A DNA stretch of 64,000 bases from Candidatus Limihabitans stercoravium (lineage in GTDB: Bacteria; Bacillota; Clostridia; Christensenellales; CAG-314). A program made the translations under genes and the position numbers. The notes under the pieces were generated by a model. It was not told where the DNA came from. It made no database searches and worked only from the letters and a program-made list of their open reading frames with translations. Position 1 is the first letter of the stretch, and the number at the start of each line of letters is the position of its first letter. Below are positions 9,726 to 19,896 of the stretch, piece after piece. The stretch is from the NCBI GenBank assembly GCA_018715495.1, contig DVLO01000021.1, positions 32,630 through 96,629 on the forward strand. The letters run 5' to 3'.

Positions 9726-11351
9726 ATGCAAGAAAAAATTACCATTAAACAAGCAAAACAACTGTATAAAGAAAACAACAAGAGAGTTGTAGACAGTACG
9801 GTTGACGGATTCGTTGTGTTAAAAGACATCGGCAAGGTGTACCAGAACAGGGTACAGGCGGTGTTTGATTTCAACCTTTCTATAAATCAGAACGAATTTA
9901 TAGTACTTGTAGGACCGTCCGGTTGCGGCAAATCCACAACTTTGCGAATGATTGCAGGTCTTGAAGACATCACCAAGGGCTATCTGTACATCGACAAGGT
10001 ACTTGCCAACTATCTGGAAAGCAAGGACCGTGACATTGCCATGGTTTTTCAGAACTACGCATTGTATCCCAACCTGACGGTGTACGACAACATCGGGTTC
10101 GGTCTGAAGGCGAAACGTGTCGACAAGGAAACAATCCGTAAGAAGGTGTTCGAAGCGGCGGAAATCCTTGACCTTGGACAGTATCTTGACCGCTACCCCC
10201 GTGAACTGTCGGGCGGTCAGATGCAAAGAGTGGCATTGGGCAGAGCAATCGTAAGAGACTCCAAGTTGTTCTTGCTGGACGAACCTCTTTCCAACCTTGA
10301 CGCTAAGTTGCGTGTACAGATGCGCAGTGAAATAGTAAAACTGCACAAACGTATCAACGCAACGACAATTTACGTAACGCATGACCAGACGGAAGCAATG
10401 ACAATGGCGGATCGTATTGTGGTCATGAACAAGGGCGTAATTCAGCAGATAGGTACTCCCATGGAAATCTACAACAATCCCAACAATGTTTTTGTTGCGA
10501 CATTTGTAGGCAATCCGCCCATGAACGTGTTTAAGGCGAACATTCAAGGAGACGTCATTTCCGACGGCAACAACAGGATTGAACTTCCACAAGGTACAAG
10601 CAGCGGCTACCGTAAATACATTGAAGAAAAACAGCAGTTTTTCAAGCAGTTTGCCAAGACCGGCGCACTGGAAGAACAGCAGTGCATCTTGTCGGAAATT
10701 GACAAAGCGTTGAATTTTATCAGAAAAAAAGACGACCAATACAAGCAAATTGTTCGTGAAGTTGTTGAAAAAATGTTGTCTTTAAAGGAAAGTTTTACTC
10801 ACTTTACCGAAGAAGACGGCAGTCGTGTTCTTTCCGAACTTGACAGTGACAGCACCGAAGGATTACGTCTTGAATTGCAACAGTTGAAAAAGCAGTTGCA
10901 GGAATGTGACCTTACCGTGGAAGGCATACTGAAAAAATACGATTCGGCAGGAATGTTTGTCAACGTGGAAAAAATGCCTGCGGCAGGCAAGACCAAGAAG
11001 AACAAACAAGTCAAAACGCTGACGGAGAAAAACCTTGAAACAATCGACAGGTTTTTTAATGCCTACAGTGCAGATGGGGCAACTTCTGAGGCGTATGTCG
11101 GAATACGTCCCGAAGACATCCATTTTTGCGACACGTTCAACGGAAACAAGAGCAACACTCTTACCGTAGAAGCGAATTTTGTGGAACTGTTGGGCAGCGA
11201 ATATTGTATTTACATCGAACTGTTCGGCACAACTCTCATCATGAAAGCACCGTTGCAAAAGACCGTTCACACAGGTGACAAACTGGACATTTGTTTCGAC
11301 ATGGACAAGTTGAGACTGTTTGACGGAGTAAGCGGTACAAGGGTGAAGTAG
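9726..11351 (+). CDS. Sugar ABC transporter ATP-binding protein (MalK/MsmK/UgpC family) with a large insertion in the C-terminal regulatory domain
   Basis: Walker A GPSGCGKST, signature LSGGQMQRVALGRA, Walker B LFLLDEPLSNLDA, H-loop YVTHDQ. 541 aa versus about 370 aa, which I recall as typical. The insert is E/K/Q-rich. Confidence 0.9.
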   Translation: MQEKITIKQAKQLYKENNKRVVDSTVDGFVVLKDIGKVYQNRVQAVFDFNLSINQNEFIVLVGPSGCGKSTTLRMIAGLEDITKGYLYIDKVLANYLESKDRDIAMVFQNYALYPNLTVYDNIGFGLKAKRVDKETIRKKVFEAAEILDLGQYLDRYPRELSGGQMQRVALGRAIVRDSKLFLLDEPLSNLDAKLRVQMRSEIVKLHKRINATTIYVTHDQTEAMTMADRIVVMNKGVIQQIGTPMEIYNNPNNVFVATFVGNPPMNVFKANIQGDVISDGNNRIELPQGTSSGYRKYIEEKQQFFKQFAKTGALEEQQCILSEIDKALNFIRKKDDQYKQIVREVVEKMLSLKESFTHFTEEDGSRVLSELDSDSTEGLRLELQQLKKQLQECDLTVEGILKKYDSAGMFVNVEKMPAAGKTKKNKQVKTLTEKNLETIDRFFNAYSADGATSEAYVGIRPEDIHFCDTFNGNKSNTLTVEANFVELLGSEYCIYIELFGTTLIMKAPLQKTVHTGDKLDICFDMDKLRLFDGVSGTRVK

Positions 11352-11352
11352 A

Positions 11353-12312
11353 ATGAAGAGTGTAAAATTTGTATTTATTTTGATCATGACAATTATATTT
11401 TCAGGAAGTGTTGCGTTGTCAGGCTGTCAGACCGTTGACAGCTACGGCAATCTGTCCATCACCGACGTGTATGCCTGGATTGACTATCCGTCAACGCAAT
11501 TCAATGCTGTATTTGACAATCCCGACAAGGCAGAACCGCTGACATACAGTTACGACAACACTGCAATTGAAATTGACGAAGAAAACAACACTGTCAAGGC
11601 ATTAAAGACAGGCACTTTCAAGGTGGAAGTGAAGTCGGAGCATTTCAGCACATCGTTTAATGTGTATTGCGAAAGGGTAGACAGGTCCAATGAGGTGTTC
11701 GCCGTCGATTCCGTGTGGTGGAATCGTGTGGACGGCTTTAAGAAAGAGTGGCAGGACAATGGACACGAAGGACGTACCACGTTGTTTATAGGCGATTCCT
11801 TCTTCGATTCGCAGTCTTTCTGGAAGACTTTTTACGACGATTACAGCAGTTTCGACGCCTTGTGCTGGGGTATCGGGTCAACAACTACCTATACTTGGGA
11901 AGTACTTACCGACAGTTTACCTAAAGACTGTGTGGCTAAAAACATCGTAATGCACTGTGGTACAAATACCGTCTACGACGACAGAAGCAGTGCGGAAGAA
12001 ACAATCTCATCATTGCAACGCATGTTTACACTGATGCATGACAGACTTCCCGATACCAAGATTTACTGGTTTACAATCACACATCGTATCTATGACGGCG
12101 CAGATGAACTGTATCCCATTGTGGAAAAAGCTAATCAGGCAATGATTGACTGGGCGCAGGGTAAGGACTGGCTTGTAGTCATTGATTCCAATCCCAACAT
12201 CAAGTATTGGCACATTTTGCCTGACGGAATCCATCCCAACGCCGACGGCTACGGCGTGTTTATGGACATGCTTTCGGCAAGCGACATCGAAATGGCAAGC
12301 GCAATCAATTGA
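11353..12312 (+). CDS. SGNH/GDSL-family hydrolase lipoprotein (probable carbohydrate esterase)
   Basis: Lipobox ALSGC. Block I LFIGDSFFD, block V DGIHPNADGY. N-terminal Ig-like segment (TGTFKVEVKSE). Confidence 0.75.
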   Translation: MKSVKFVFILIMTIIFSGSVALSGCQTVDSYGNLSITDVYAWIDYPSTQFNAVFDNPDKAEPLTYSYDNTAIEIDEENNTVKALKTGTFKVEVKSEHFSTSFNVYCERVDRSNEVFAVDSVWWNRVDGFKKEWQDNGHEGRTTLFIGDSFFDSQSFWKTFYDDYSSFDALCWGIGSTTTYTWEVLTDSLPKDCVAKNIVMHCGTNTVYDDRSSAEETISSLQRMFTLMHDRLPDTKIYWFTITHRIYDGADELYPIVEKANQAMIDWAQGKDWLVVIDSNPNIKYWHILPDGIHPNADGYGVFMDMLSASDIEMASAIN

Positions 12313-12330
12313 ATTCAGGAGATTACTTAA

Positions 12331-14442
12331 ATGATAACCATCAAAGAGGGAGTATTTCACCTGTCGGCAGGCAATTACTCATACGCATTTTACGAAAAGG
12401 ACGGACGTCTTGTACACAGCTACTTTGGCAACAAACTTGACATTTCGGAAGAAAGGCTGGCAACTTCCTTGCTTGCTCTGGGAAGACATGACAACATCGG
12501 CCGTGACTGGGCGCTCAGTGAATACGCACAGTTCGGCAGAGGTGATTTCCGCATTGCGTCGGTGGAAATAACAGGCAACGCATTTGCATCAACGGAATTT
12601 GTACTGTGCGGGTACGAAATTTTAAAAAACAAACCTTCAACAGATTTACCTCAGTTGCGTAACGGCGGTGAGACATTGAAGTTGACTTTGCGTGACAAGA
12701 TTTCACGTCTTCAACTCAATTTGTTTTACACACCTTACGAGGAAGGACTTGTTCGCAGCGCACGGCTTGTAAACAACAGCGGTGAAGATGTCAATGTGTG
12801 TAAATTCATGAGTACGTGCATTGATTTTCCGCAGGGCAAGTACAACACGCTGAATCTCAACGGAAGATGGGGAGCGGAATGTACTCCCTGTATTGACAAG
12901 GTTACAAGCGGTATCAGACAATTCAGTTCTTGCCGTGGCGTTTCCAGCCATCAGCACAACCCGTTTATTGCCGTGACTTCTTCCGACACGTCGGAAGACA
13001 ATGGCGAAGTGGTGGCAATGAATCTCATTTTCAGCGGAAACTTCGTTGCCGAATACGAAAGCGACGAAAAAACTCAATTGCGTGTAAACATCGGCGAAAA
13101 ACTTATGCACGGCGGAATTGTGCTTAAAGACGGAGATGTTTTAAACAGTCCCGAAACGGCAATTGTGTATTCCAATCACGGATTGGGCGAAATGAGCCGA
13201 TTGTTCCACAAATTGTACAGAAAGAATCTTATCAATCCCAAGTTTGCCAATGTTCCACGTCCTGTTGTTGTCAACAGTTGGGAAAGTTTCTATTTCGATT
13301 TCAATGAAGGAAAATTGCTTGATTTTATCGACGGAGCGAAAGGACTGGGCGTTGATACCATTGTTCTTGATGACGGTTGGTTTGGCAAACGTGATGACGA
13401 CACCGGTTCACTGGGGGATTGGTTTATTGACACCAACAAACTTCCCAACGGACTTCAACCTGTCATTGACAGATGCAGGAAAAACGGATTTAAGTTCGGA
13501 ATCTGGTTTGAGCCGGAAGCGGTAAATCCCGACAGTAGGTTGTACCGCAATCATCCCGACTGGGCGTTGCATGTAAAAGACGTCGAAGGCGTAACAATGC
13601 GCAATCAGTACATGCTGGATTTTTCCAATCCCGATGTTGTGGATTACATATTCGACAGCATGAAACTGATATTGGACAAGTACGACATTTCTTACGTCAA
13701 GTGGGATTCCAACCGCCCGCTGTCCGACATTTCCGACGCAAGCAAGTTGTTCGGGTATGTTCGTGGCGTTTACAGACTGTATGAACGTCTGTTGGAAAGA
13801 TATCCCGACTTGTTTATCGAAGGCTGTTCCAGCGGCGGCGGCAGATTCGATGCGGGAATACTGTACTACAGTCCAATGATCTGGACAAGTGACGACACGG
13901 ACGCTTACGAACGTTGCCGCATTCAGTACGGAACTTCCATGTGTTACCCGTTGGAAACGTTGTCTAACCACGTTTCAGCGTGTCCCAATCACCAGACGGG
14001 ACGTTTTACACCCCTTCACACAAGAGGAGCCGTCGCTTCAATGGGCTCTCTTGGATACGAACTGAACGTAGGCCTTCTGTCTGATGATGACAAAAAACAA
14101 ATTGCACACCAAGTGGAAAACTACAGACGTGATCAGCATCTCATCATGAATGGCGACCTGTATCGTCTTGTAAGTCCATTTGAAGACAACGCATTTTGTC
14201 AGATGGTTGTTTCACAAGACAAGAGTAAGGCGTACCTGGTTTTCCTGCGTGCGCTCAACACGCCCAATCTTCCCATTCCACGTGTACGACTCAAGGGGCT
14301 GGATGACAAGGCGCTTTACCGTATTATCGAAAGAAACACAGTTGTCAGCGGTGCGGAACTGATGAACATCGGATTGAACATGCAATTGAAGTGTGAAGAC
14401 TTTTCTGCGGAAATTCTTCACATTGAACGTTGTGACGGCTGA
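12331..14442 (+). CDS. aga: Alpha-galactosidase, glycoside hydrolase family 36
   Basis: GH36 motifs GVDTIVLDDGWFGKRDDDTGSLGDW, FGIWFEPE, YVKWDSNR (nucleophile region), CSSGGGRFD (acid/base region). Confidence 0.9.
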   Translation: MITIKEGVFHLSAGNYSYAFYEKDGRLVHSYFGNKLDISEERLATSLLALGRHDNIGRDWALSEYAQFGRGDFRIASVEITGNAFASTEFVLCGYEILKNKPSTDLPQLRNGGETLKLTLRDKISRLQLNLFYTPYEEGLVRSARLVNNSGEDVNVCKFMSTCIDFPQGKYNTLNLNGRWGAECTPCIDKVTSGIRQFSSCRGVSSHQHNPFIAVTSSDTSEDNGEVVAMNLIFSGNFVAEYESDEKTQLRVNIGEKLMHGGIVLKDGDVLNSPETAIVYSNHGLGEMSRLFHKLYRKNLINPKFANVPRPVVVNSWESFYFDFNEGKLLDFIDGAKGLGVDTIVLDDGWFGKRDDDTGSLGDWFIDTNKLPNGLQPVIDRCRKNGFKFGIWFEPEAVNPDSRLYRNHPDWALHVKDVEGVTMRNQYMLDFSNPDVVDYIFDSMKLILDKYDISYVKWDSNRPLSDISDASKLFGYVRGVYRLYERLLERYPDLFIEGCSSGGGRFDAGILYYSPMIWTSDDTDAYERCRIQYGTSMCYPLETLSNHVSACPNHQTGRFTPLHTRGAVASMGSLGYELNVGLLSDDDKKQIAHQVENYRRDQHLIMNGDLYRLVSPFEDNAFCQMVVSQDKSKAYLVFLRALNTPNLPIPRVRLKGLDDKALYRIIERNTVVSGAELMNIGLNMQLKCEDFSAEILHIERCDG

Positions 14443-14497
14443 TTGTATTTCGAAAAATCTAACAGACATCATCTATAAATATTGATATTCCACCTAA

Positions 14498-14540
14498 ACA
14501 CAGCGGGCTGTCTTGCGACAGTCCGCTGTGTTGCTTTGGA
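14498..14540 (+). terminator. Rho-independent terminator after aga
   Basis: 15-bp stem ACACAGCGGGCTGTC / GACAGTCCGCTGTGT with a TTGC loop, followed by a T-rich tract. Confidence 0.7.
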
Positions 14541-14561
14541 TTTTATTCGGTGTTTTGCACA

Positions 14562-14590
14562 AAATGAAAAAGGACGGCATTGCCGTCCTT
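14562..14590 (-). terminator. Rho-independent terminator after pyk
   Basis: GGACGGC-ATT-GCCGTCC hairpin. The minus-strand reading is followed by TTTTTCATTTT. Confidence 0.7.
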
Positions 14591-14641
14591 CTCCATTGTA
14601 ATAAAAGGGTAATTGGGTATTGAAGAATAGTACGGGTAATA

Positions 14642-16057
14642 CTATTCAACAGTTTGAACTTTGATAAGGTTTGTTCCGACATTCTTGCCAAGAGGAACGC
14701 CTGCGGTGATTACGATGTTGTCACCGGGATTAGCAATTTCCAGTTTCTTAGCAACCTTTTCAGCATGACGGAACATGTCGTCCGTGGCGGTGTACACACG
14801 GCATATACGTGGAATTACACCCCAGCTTACTGACAATTGATGGAACACCCTGTCATCGCTTGTAAAGGCAATGATGGGCGCAGACGGACGGAAACGGCTG
14901 ATCATGCGTGCCGATGTTCCGCTTGCCGTGTAAACTACAATTGCCTTTGCCTTGATGTCAAAGGATGTGCTTACCGTTGCGTGGCTGATTGCGTCGTTGG
15001 TGTCAAGCAGTGTGAAGGGTGAAGATGAATACATTTCGTGGTATTCGATGTTTCTTTCCGCTTCTTCGGCAATACGTCCCATTGTAGCAATGGTGTTGGG
15101 TGGGTTTACACCTACGGCACTTTCTGCCGACAACATTACGCAGCTGCTTCCGTCGTAAACGGCATTTGCAACGTCAACGATTTCGGCACGTGTGGGACGA
15201 AGTTTTGTAATCATGCTTTCCAACATTTCGGTAGCGGTGATTACAAATTTACCCTGCATACGGCTCTTGGTAATGAGCAGTTTCTGTACAGCAGGCAACT
15301 TTTCGTAGGGCAGTTCAACACCAAGGTCACCTCTTGCAACCATGACGCCTTCGGAATACTTGATGATTTCGTCAATATTGTTTACGCCCTGTTGACTTTC
15401 AATCTTAGCGATCAATGAAACGGGGTTTGCCTTCTTGCTTTCAAGGTAGTTACGGATGTCGATCATTGACTGAGCGTCCTGAACGAAACTTGCAGCAACC
15501 ATTTCGGCATTGATCTTGATTGCGAAGTCAAGGTCTCTCTTGTCCACGTCGGACAGGAATGGCATGTTGAGCTTTACATTGGGAACAAACAATCCCTTGC
15601 GGTTGGACAGCACTCCGCTGTTCTGTGCTTCGGCGTAGATGTCGCCGTCACGGATGTCGGTTATCTTGAACACAAGCAATCCGTCGTTCAGAAGCAGTGT
15701 GTCGCCTACTTTAACGTCTTTGTAAAGATCCTTGTAGGTGATGGAAACACGTTCGTTGTTGCCGATGATGTCCTGATTGGTGAAAATCAAGGTCATTCCT
15801 TCAACGACATCAATCTTGCCCTCTTCGAAGGTGCCGATACGCACTTCGGGGCCTTTCAGGTCAACCATGATGGGCAGCGGAATACTCAGTTCTTCACGAA
15901 CTTTCTTTACGTTGTCAACCTTTACCTGATGTTCTTCGTAAGAACCGTGGCTCATGTTGATTCTTGCAACGTTCATTCCTGCAAGCGCCATCGCTTTGAT
16001 TTGTTCGTAAGTAGTGCTGGCAGGGCCGAGAGTACAAACAATTTTTGTTTTTCTCAC
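14642..16057 (-). CDS. pyk: Pyruvate kinase
   Basis: TKIVCTLGPAS, MNVARINMSHG, MVARGDLGVE motifs. The likely start is the internal GTG at 16057, 6 nt after GGAGGA; the track start at 16078 lies inside the RBS. Confidence 0.9.
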   Translation of the reverse strand: MRKTKIVCTLGPASTTYEQIKAMALAGMNVARINMSHGSYEEHQVKVDNVKKVREELSIPLPIMVDLKGPEVRIGTFEEGKIDVVEGMTLIFTNQDIIGNNERVSITYKDLYKDVKVGDTLLLNDGLLVFKITDIRDGDIYAEAQNSGVLSNRKGLFVPNVKLNMPFLSDVDKRDLDFAIKINAEMVAASFVQDAQSMIDIRNYLESKKANPVSLIAKIESQQGVNNIDEIIKYSEGVMVARGDLGVELPYEKLPAVQKLLITKSRMQGKFVITATEMLESMITKLRPTRAEIVDVANAVYDGSSCVMLSAESAVGVNPPNTIATMGRIAEEAERNIEYHEMYSSSPFTLLDTNDAISHATVSTSFDIKAKAIVVYTASGTSARMISRFRPSAPIIAFTSDDRVFHQLSVSWGVIPRICRVYTATDDMFRHAEKVAKKLEIANPGDNIVITAGVPLGKNVGTNLIKVQTVE

Positions 16058-16336
16058 TTTCTTTCCTCCTCGGAACACTGTGTAGGACTTTCGTTTGCGG
16101 TAATTTTTACTTTCTAAAAAAAATCCACAAATTACTCATTATGCATATTATACCCCTTGTTTACAAGTTTTGCAAATGTTTTCTTTACAAACTATTTACT
16201 TTTTTTCTTCAATGTGCAACTTGTAGATAAAGTTATAGCAATTTTTACCCTAAATATATCAAAAACAGAAAAATTTTACAAAAAAGTTTACTTTTAAGCG
16301 GATGCGACGACTCTTTTTTCAAGTTGATTTGTCCTG

Positions 16337-16365
16337 TTGACAAGTGCTTACGGGTGTTTTACAAT
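16337..16365 (+). promoter_or_regulatory. Sigma-70-type promoter for psuK-psuG
   Basis: TTGACA (16337-16342), 17-nt spacer, TACAAT (16360-16365). Confidence 0.6.
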
Positions 16366-16390
16366 ATAGTAAATGCTAAGGACGGTTGAT

Positions 16391-17305
16391 ATGAACTACG
16401 TTTGTGTTATCGGAGGTGCCAATATCGATGTTGTCTGCACGCCGCTGACAACTGTGCGTATGAGGGACAGCAATCCCTGTACCGTCAGGTATTCTTTGGG
16501 CGGTGTTGCACGCAATATTGCGGAAAATCTTGCCCGCCTGGGAGTCAAGGTGGTGTTCATTACCGCACTTGCAGGTGATGCCAATGCCGAAAGGATAGAA
16601 TCCAATGCAGCGTTCCTTGGTATCGACCTGTCGCACTGCGTCAGGGTCAATGACGGTGTGACAAGCACCTACACATGTATAAACGATGAAAAAGGTGACA
16701 TGCTGGTCGCCGCTTCCGACATGAGCATATTAAAACACCTTACCTGTCAGAGACTGGAAGAAAGGCTGGATGTAATCAACGGGGCGCAGTGCGTCGTAAC
16801 AGACACCAACGATGCCGATTGTCTGAGATTTTTGCAGCAGCATGTGACAGTTCCGCTGTTTGTGGACACTGTTTCTGCCAAGAAAACGGAAATTGTCAAA
16901 AATGACATTAAAAACATATTTTGTCTGAAACCCAATCTCATTGAGGCAGAAGTTTTGTCTGGTATTGAGATACGTGACAGTCAATGCTTGCAAAAAGCAG
17001 TGGACGTCATTCGCAGTAAAGGTGTAAATTGGGTGTTTGTTTCGCAGGGGAAGGAAGGCGTGACATACAGTGACGGAGCAACGGGACATGTCGACAGTTT
17101 TCCCGTCAAGGTGGTAAATACGACGGGCGCAGGCGACAGTTTCATGGCGGGTGTGGTGTACGGTTACATCAACGGCATGGACATTTCCCATTGCGCAATG
17201 ATGGGTTGTGCGGCAAGCGCAATCACGGTATCCGACCGTGAAACGGTGTCTGAAAGTATGAGTGTAGAAAAAGTCAACAATATTTTAAAAGGAGAATTGC
17301 AATGA
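16391..17305 (+). CDS. psuK: PfkB-family carbohydrate kinase, probable pseudouridine kinase
   Basis: PfkB motifs (VIGGANIDV; NTTGAGDSFMAG). 4-nt overlap with the pseudouridine-5'-phosphate glycosidase gene. ATG 16391 is preceded by AAGGACGG. Confidence 0.75.
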   Translation: MNYVCVIGGANIDVVCTPLTTVRMRDSNPCTVRYSLGGVARNIAENLARLGVKVVFITALAGDANAERIESNAAFLGIDLSHCVRVNDGVTSTYTCINDEKGDMLVAASDMSILKHLTCQRLEERLDVINGAQCVVTDTNDADCLRFLQQHVTVPLFVDTVSAKKTEIVKNDIKNIFCLKPNLIEAEVLSGIEIRDSQCLQKAVDVIRSKGVNWVFVSQGKEGVTYSDGATGHVDSFPVKVVNTTGAGDSFMAGVVYGYINGMDISHCAMMGCAASAITVSDRETVSESMSVEKVNNILKGELQ

Positions 17306-18216
17306 AACAATTTTTGAAGATATCCAATGAGGTAGCGGAAGCTCTTGCAGCCAACAAACCTGTAGTAGCATTGGAATCTACAATTATTTCCCACGGAATG
17401 CCCTATCCGCAAAATGTCGAAACTGCATTGACTGTGGAAAAAATAATACGTGAACGTGGTGCAATTCCTGCAACGATAGCAATCATCAACGGAATGTTGA
17501 CTGTAGGCTGCAGTGAACAGGAAATAGATTATCTTGGAAGAAAGGGGCTTGAAGTAACCAAGGTTTCACGCAGAGACATTCCCTTCATTGTAGCTAAAAT
17601 GACGGACGGCGCAACAACCGTTGCTGCAACCATGTACATTGCCTCTCTTGCAGGAATCAAGGTTTTTGCAACGGGCGGTATCGGTGGCGTTCACCGTGGC
17701 GCTGAAAAGACAATGGACATTTCCGCCGACCTTGACGAACTTGCACAAACTCCCGTCATGGTAGTGTGTGCAGGTGCTAAATCTATCTTGGACATCGGCT
17801 TGACATTGGAATGTCTTGAAACACGTGGCGTTGCCGTTGTGGGTTACAAGACAGAGGACATGCCTGCTTTCTACACACAGAAGAGCGGTTTCAAGGTGGA
17901 CTACCGTCTTGACTCAGCCGAAGAAATTGCCCGTGCATTCTACTGCAAGAACGCAGTGGGTCTTAAGGGCGGTATACTTGTTGCCAATCCCATTCCCGAT
18001 GAGTATTCAATGGACAGCGACTACATCAACAACAACATCGAAGAGGCAGTAAAGGAAGCGGAAAAACTGGGCATCCACGGCAAGGAAACAACACCCTATT
18101 TATTGGACAAGATACAGAAACTGACGGCAGGACAAAGCCTGGAGTCCAACATTCAATTGGTGTACAACAACGCACGTCTTGCCTCCGACATTGCAATTGA
18201 ACTATCTAAAATGTAA
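17302..18216 (+). CDS. psuG: Pseudouridine-5'-phosphate glycosidase
   Basis: IndA/PsuG-family sequence (VVALESTIISHGMPYPQN..., GGIGGVHRG..., VVCAGAKSILD). Confidence 0.9.
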   Translation: MKQFLKISNEVAEALAANKPVVALESTIISHGMPYPQNVETALTVEKIIRERGAIPATIAIINGMLTVGCSEQEIDYLGRKGLEVTKVSRRDIPFIVAKMTDGATTVAATMYIASLAGIKVFATGGIGGVHRGAEKTMDISADLDELAQTPVMVVCAGAKSILDIGLTLECLETRGVAVVGYKTEDMPAFYTQKSGFKVDYRLDSAEEIARAFYCKNAVGLKGGILVANPIPDEYSMDSDYINNNIEEAVKEAEKLGIHGKETTPYLLDKIQKLTAGQSLESNIQLVYNNARLASDIAIELSKM

Positions 18217-18224
18217 TGTATTTT

Positions 18225-18267
18225 ACACCACGTACCGCTTTTTTACACGTTGCGTGGTGTTTTATTT
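18225..18267 (+). terminator. Possible terminator or attenuating hairpin between psuG and nrdG
   Basis: ACACCACG ... CGTGGTGT 8-bp stem with a 20-nt loop, followed by TTTATTT. Confidence 0.45.
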
Positions 18268-18297
18268 CAAATAAGCAACCTTTTACAGGAGAACACA

Positions 18298-18984
18298 GTG
18301 AAATTCGGCGGATTACAAAAACTTACATTACTTGACTACCCCGGCAAGATGGCGTGTACGGTGTTTACATCGGGATGCAATCTCAGGTGCCCCTTTTGTC
18401 ACAATGCAGGACTGGTAACTCACATTGACGGCGATTTTATCAGTCAACAAGATTTACTGCAATTTCTGTCCACACGTAAAGGAAAGCTCGAAGGCTTGTG
18501 CCTGACAGGTGGCGAACCCTTGCTCAACAAGGACGTTGCACAGTTTCTGGCGGAAGTAAAGCAAATGGGATTTTCCGTCAAACTTGACACCAACGGAACT
18601 AATCCTAACCTTTTAAAACAATTGATTGATGGCAAGTTGGTCGATTACGTTGCAATGGATATAAAGAACAGTCAGGCGAAATACAGTCTTACATGCGGAG
18701 TCAACGTCAACATGGAAGATATCGAAAAATCCGTCCATTTGTTGAAGCTCGGACAGGTGGACTACGAATTCCGCACAACTGTTGTACGTCAACTGCACAC
18801 GGAACAGGACATCGAAGACATTGCCCGTTGGCTTGTAGGTTCTAAAACATGGTATCTGCAGCAGTTCGTAGACAGCGGCGACCTCATCGGTCAAGGCATG
18901 AGCGCATGGGATGAATCCACCATGCACAAGTTTGCCGAAACAGCCAACAAATACCTTCCCACATTTGTCCGTGGAATAGAATAA
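18298..18984 (+). CDS. nrdG: Anaerobic ribonucleoside-triphosphate reductase activating protein (radical SAM)
   Basis: CNLRCPFCHN radical-SAM cluster motif after GGLQKLTLLDYPGK. Likely GTG start at 18298 after AGGAGA. Confidence 0.85.
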   Translation: MKFGGLQKLTLLDYPGKMACTVFTSGCNLRCPFCHNAGLVTHIDGDFISQQDLLQFLSTRKGKLEGLCLTGGEPLLNKDVAQFLAEVKQMGFSVKLDTNGTNPNLLKQLIDGKLVDYVAMDIKNSQAKYSLTCGVNVNMEDIEKSVHLLKLGQVDYEFRTTVVRQLHTEQDIEDIARWLVGSKTWYLQQFVDSGDLIGQGMSAWDESTMHKFAETANKYLPTFVRGIE

Positions 18985-19000
18985 TTGTAGTAGAATTCCA

Positions 19001-19026
19001 ACCGCTGTCATTGACGGCGGTTTTTT
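19001..19026 (+). terminator. Rho-independent terminator after nrdG
   Basis: ACCGCTGTC-ATT-GACGGCGGT hairpin followed by TTTTTT. Confidence 0.7.
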
Positions 19027-19271
19027 GTGCTTTTTGTTCGGACGGAAGCGGACGGCAACATTGTAGTTCAGTTGAACTAGTTATCCTAGGGGAAGTTTTT
19101 ACAGTGATGAAGAAGATACATTCGACTACTTCCCTCTTAATTGGTGTGCAAAGCGGGAATTTTCCACAACACTCAGCGCAAAATTACTGATTGTGGGACA
19201 ACTGACACTCAAAATGCGTTGTAGTGTAAAAGACGTGTTTTGCAATGTGGCAAATATTCGAGGTGTTTACA

Positions 19272-19763
19272 ATGACAAGAACAAGAATTTATTTGATTTG
19301 GGCAATTGTATCGACAGTGTTGTTGGTTGTGGCGTTGATGTTTATCTTGTCCGTGCGACTTGTATTTCAAGACAGAGATAGTTTTCTTTTTAAAGACAGC
19401 ACCTACACCTTTTCGGGCAGTGTCAATTTGACCGATTCCGTTGTGTTGCAGGAGTGTACAGTGCAGTTGTCCGCAACTGATGAATTGCCTTACAAGGCAA
19501 ATGTGTTGCAAAATGCAGTGGACAACGGTTGCTTTTCCTGTCAGGTGACAATGAAGATTGACGGCAAGGAGCACGTTTTTGAACTTGTTGAACTGCGTGG
19601 TGGTCCTACCCCCAAACGTCCCGACTGTTACTTTGTAATGCTTGACATGTCGGACGTGGGACTTGGTCTTGCAACCTGGCAGTTCTATTTCAACGCAAAT
19701 ACACTCTCATTTACCTACTACGGCGACACCCCCACGGGATTTGATTTAAAAATACAACTTTAA
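19272..19763 (+). CDS. Hypothetical N-terminally membrane-anchored protein
   Basis: ATG 19272 after GAGGTG. One N-terminal TM helix (IYLIWAIVSTVLLVVALMFIL). I recognise no family. Confidence 0.5.
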   Translation: MTRTRIYLIWAIVSTVLLVVALMFILSVRLVFQDRDSFLFKDSTYTFSGSVNLTDSVVLQECTVQLSATDELPYKANVLQNAVDNGCFSCQVTMKIDGKEHVFELVELRGGPTPKRPDCYFVMLDMSDVGLGLATWQFYFNANTLSFTYYGDTPTGFDLKIQL

Positions 19764-19896
19764 ATCACGTTTCGTTAACTTTCGTCGTGCTGTAAAGATT
19801 TGTGAATATTGAATTTCTATAAATGTTGTGATATAATAAGATCATTGATATAAACGATTAAGGATTCTACCCATTTTACACAAAGCAAGGATGTTT

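Noticed and set aside
19066-19081. Palindrome TAGTTCA-GT-TGAACTA upstream of the hypothetical gene 19272
   Set aside because: It is a single isolated 7-bp inverted repeat with no second copy or obvious cognate regulator. That is insufficient to call an operator.
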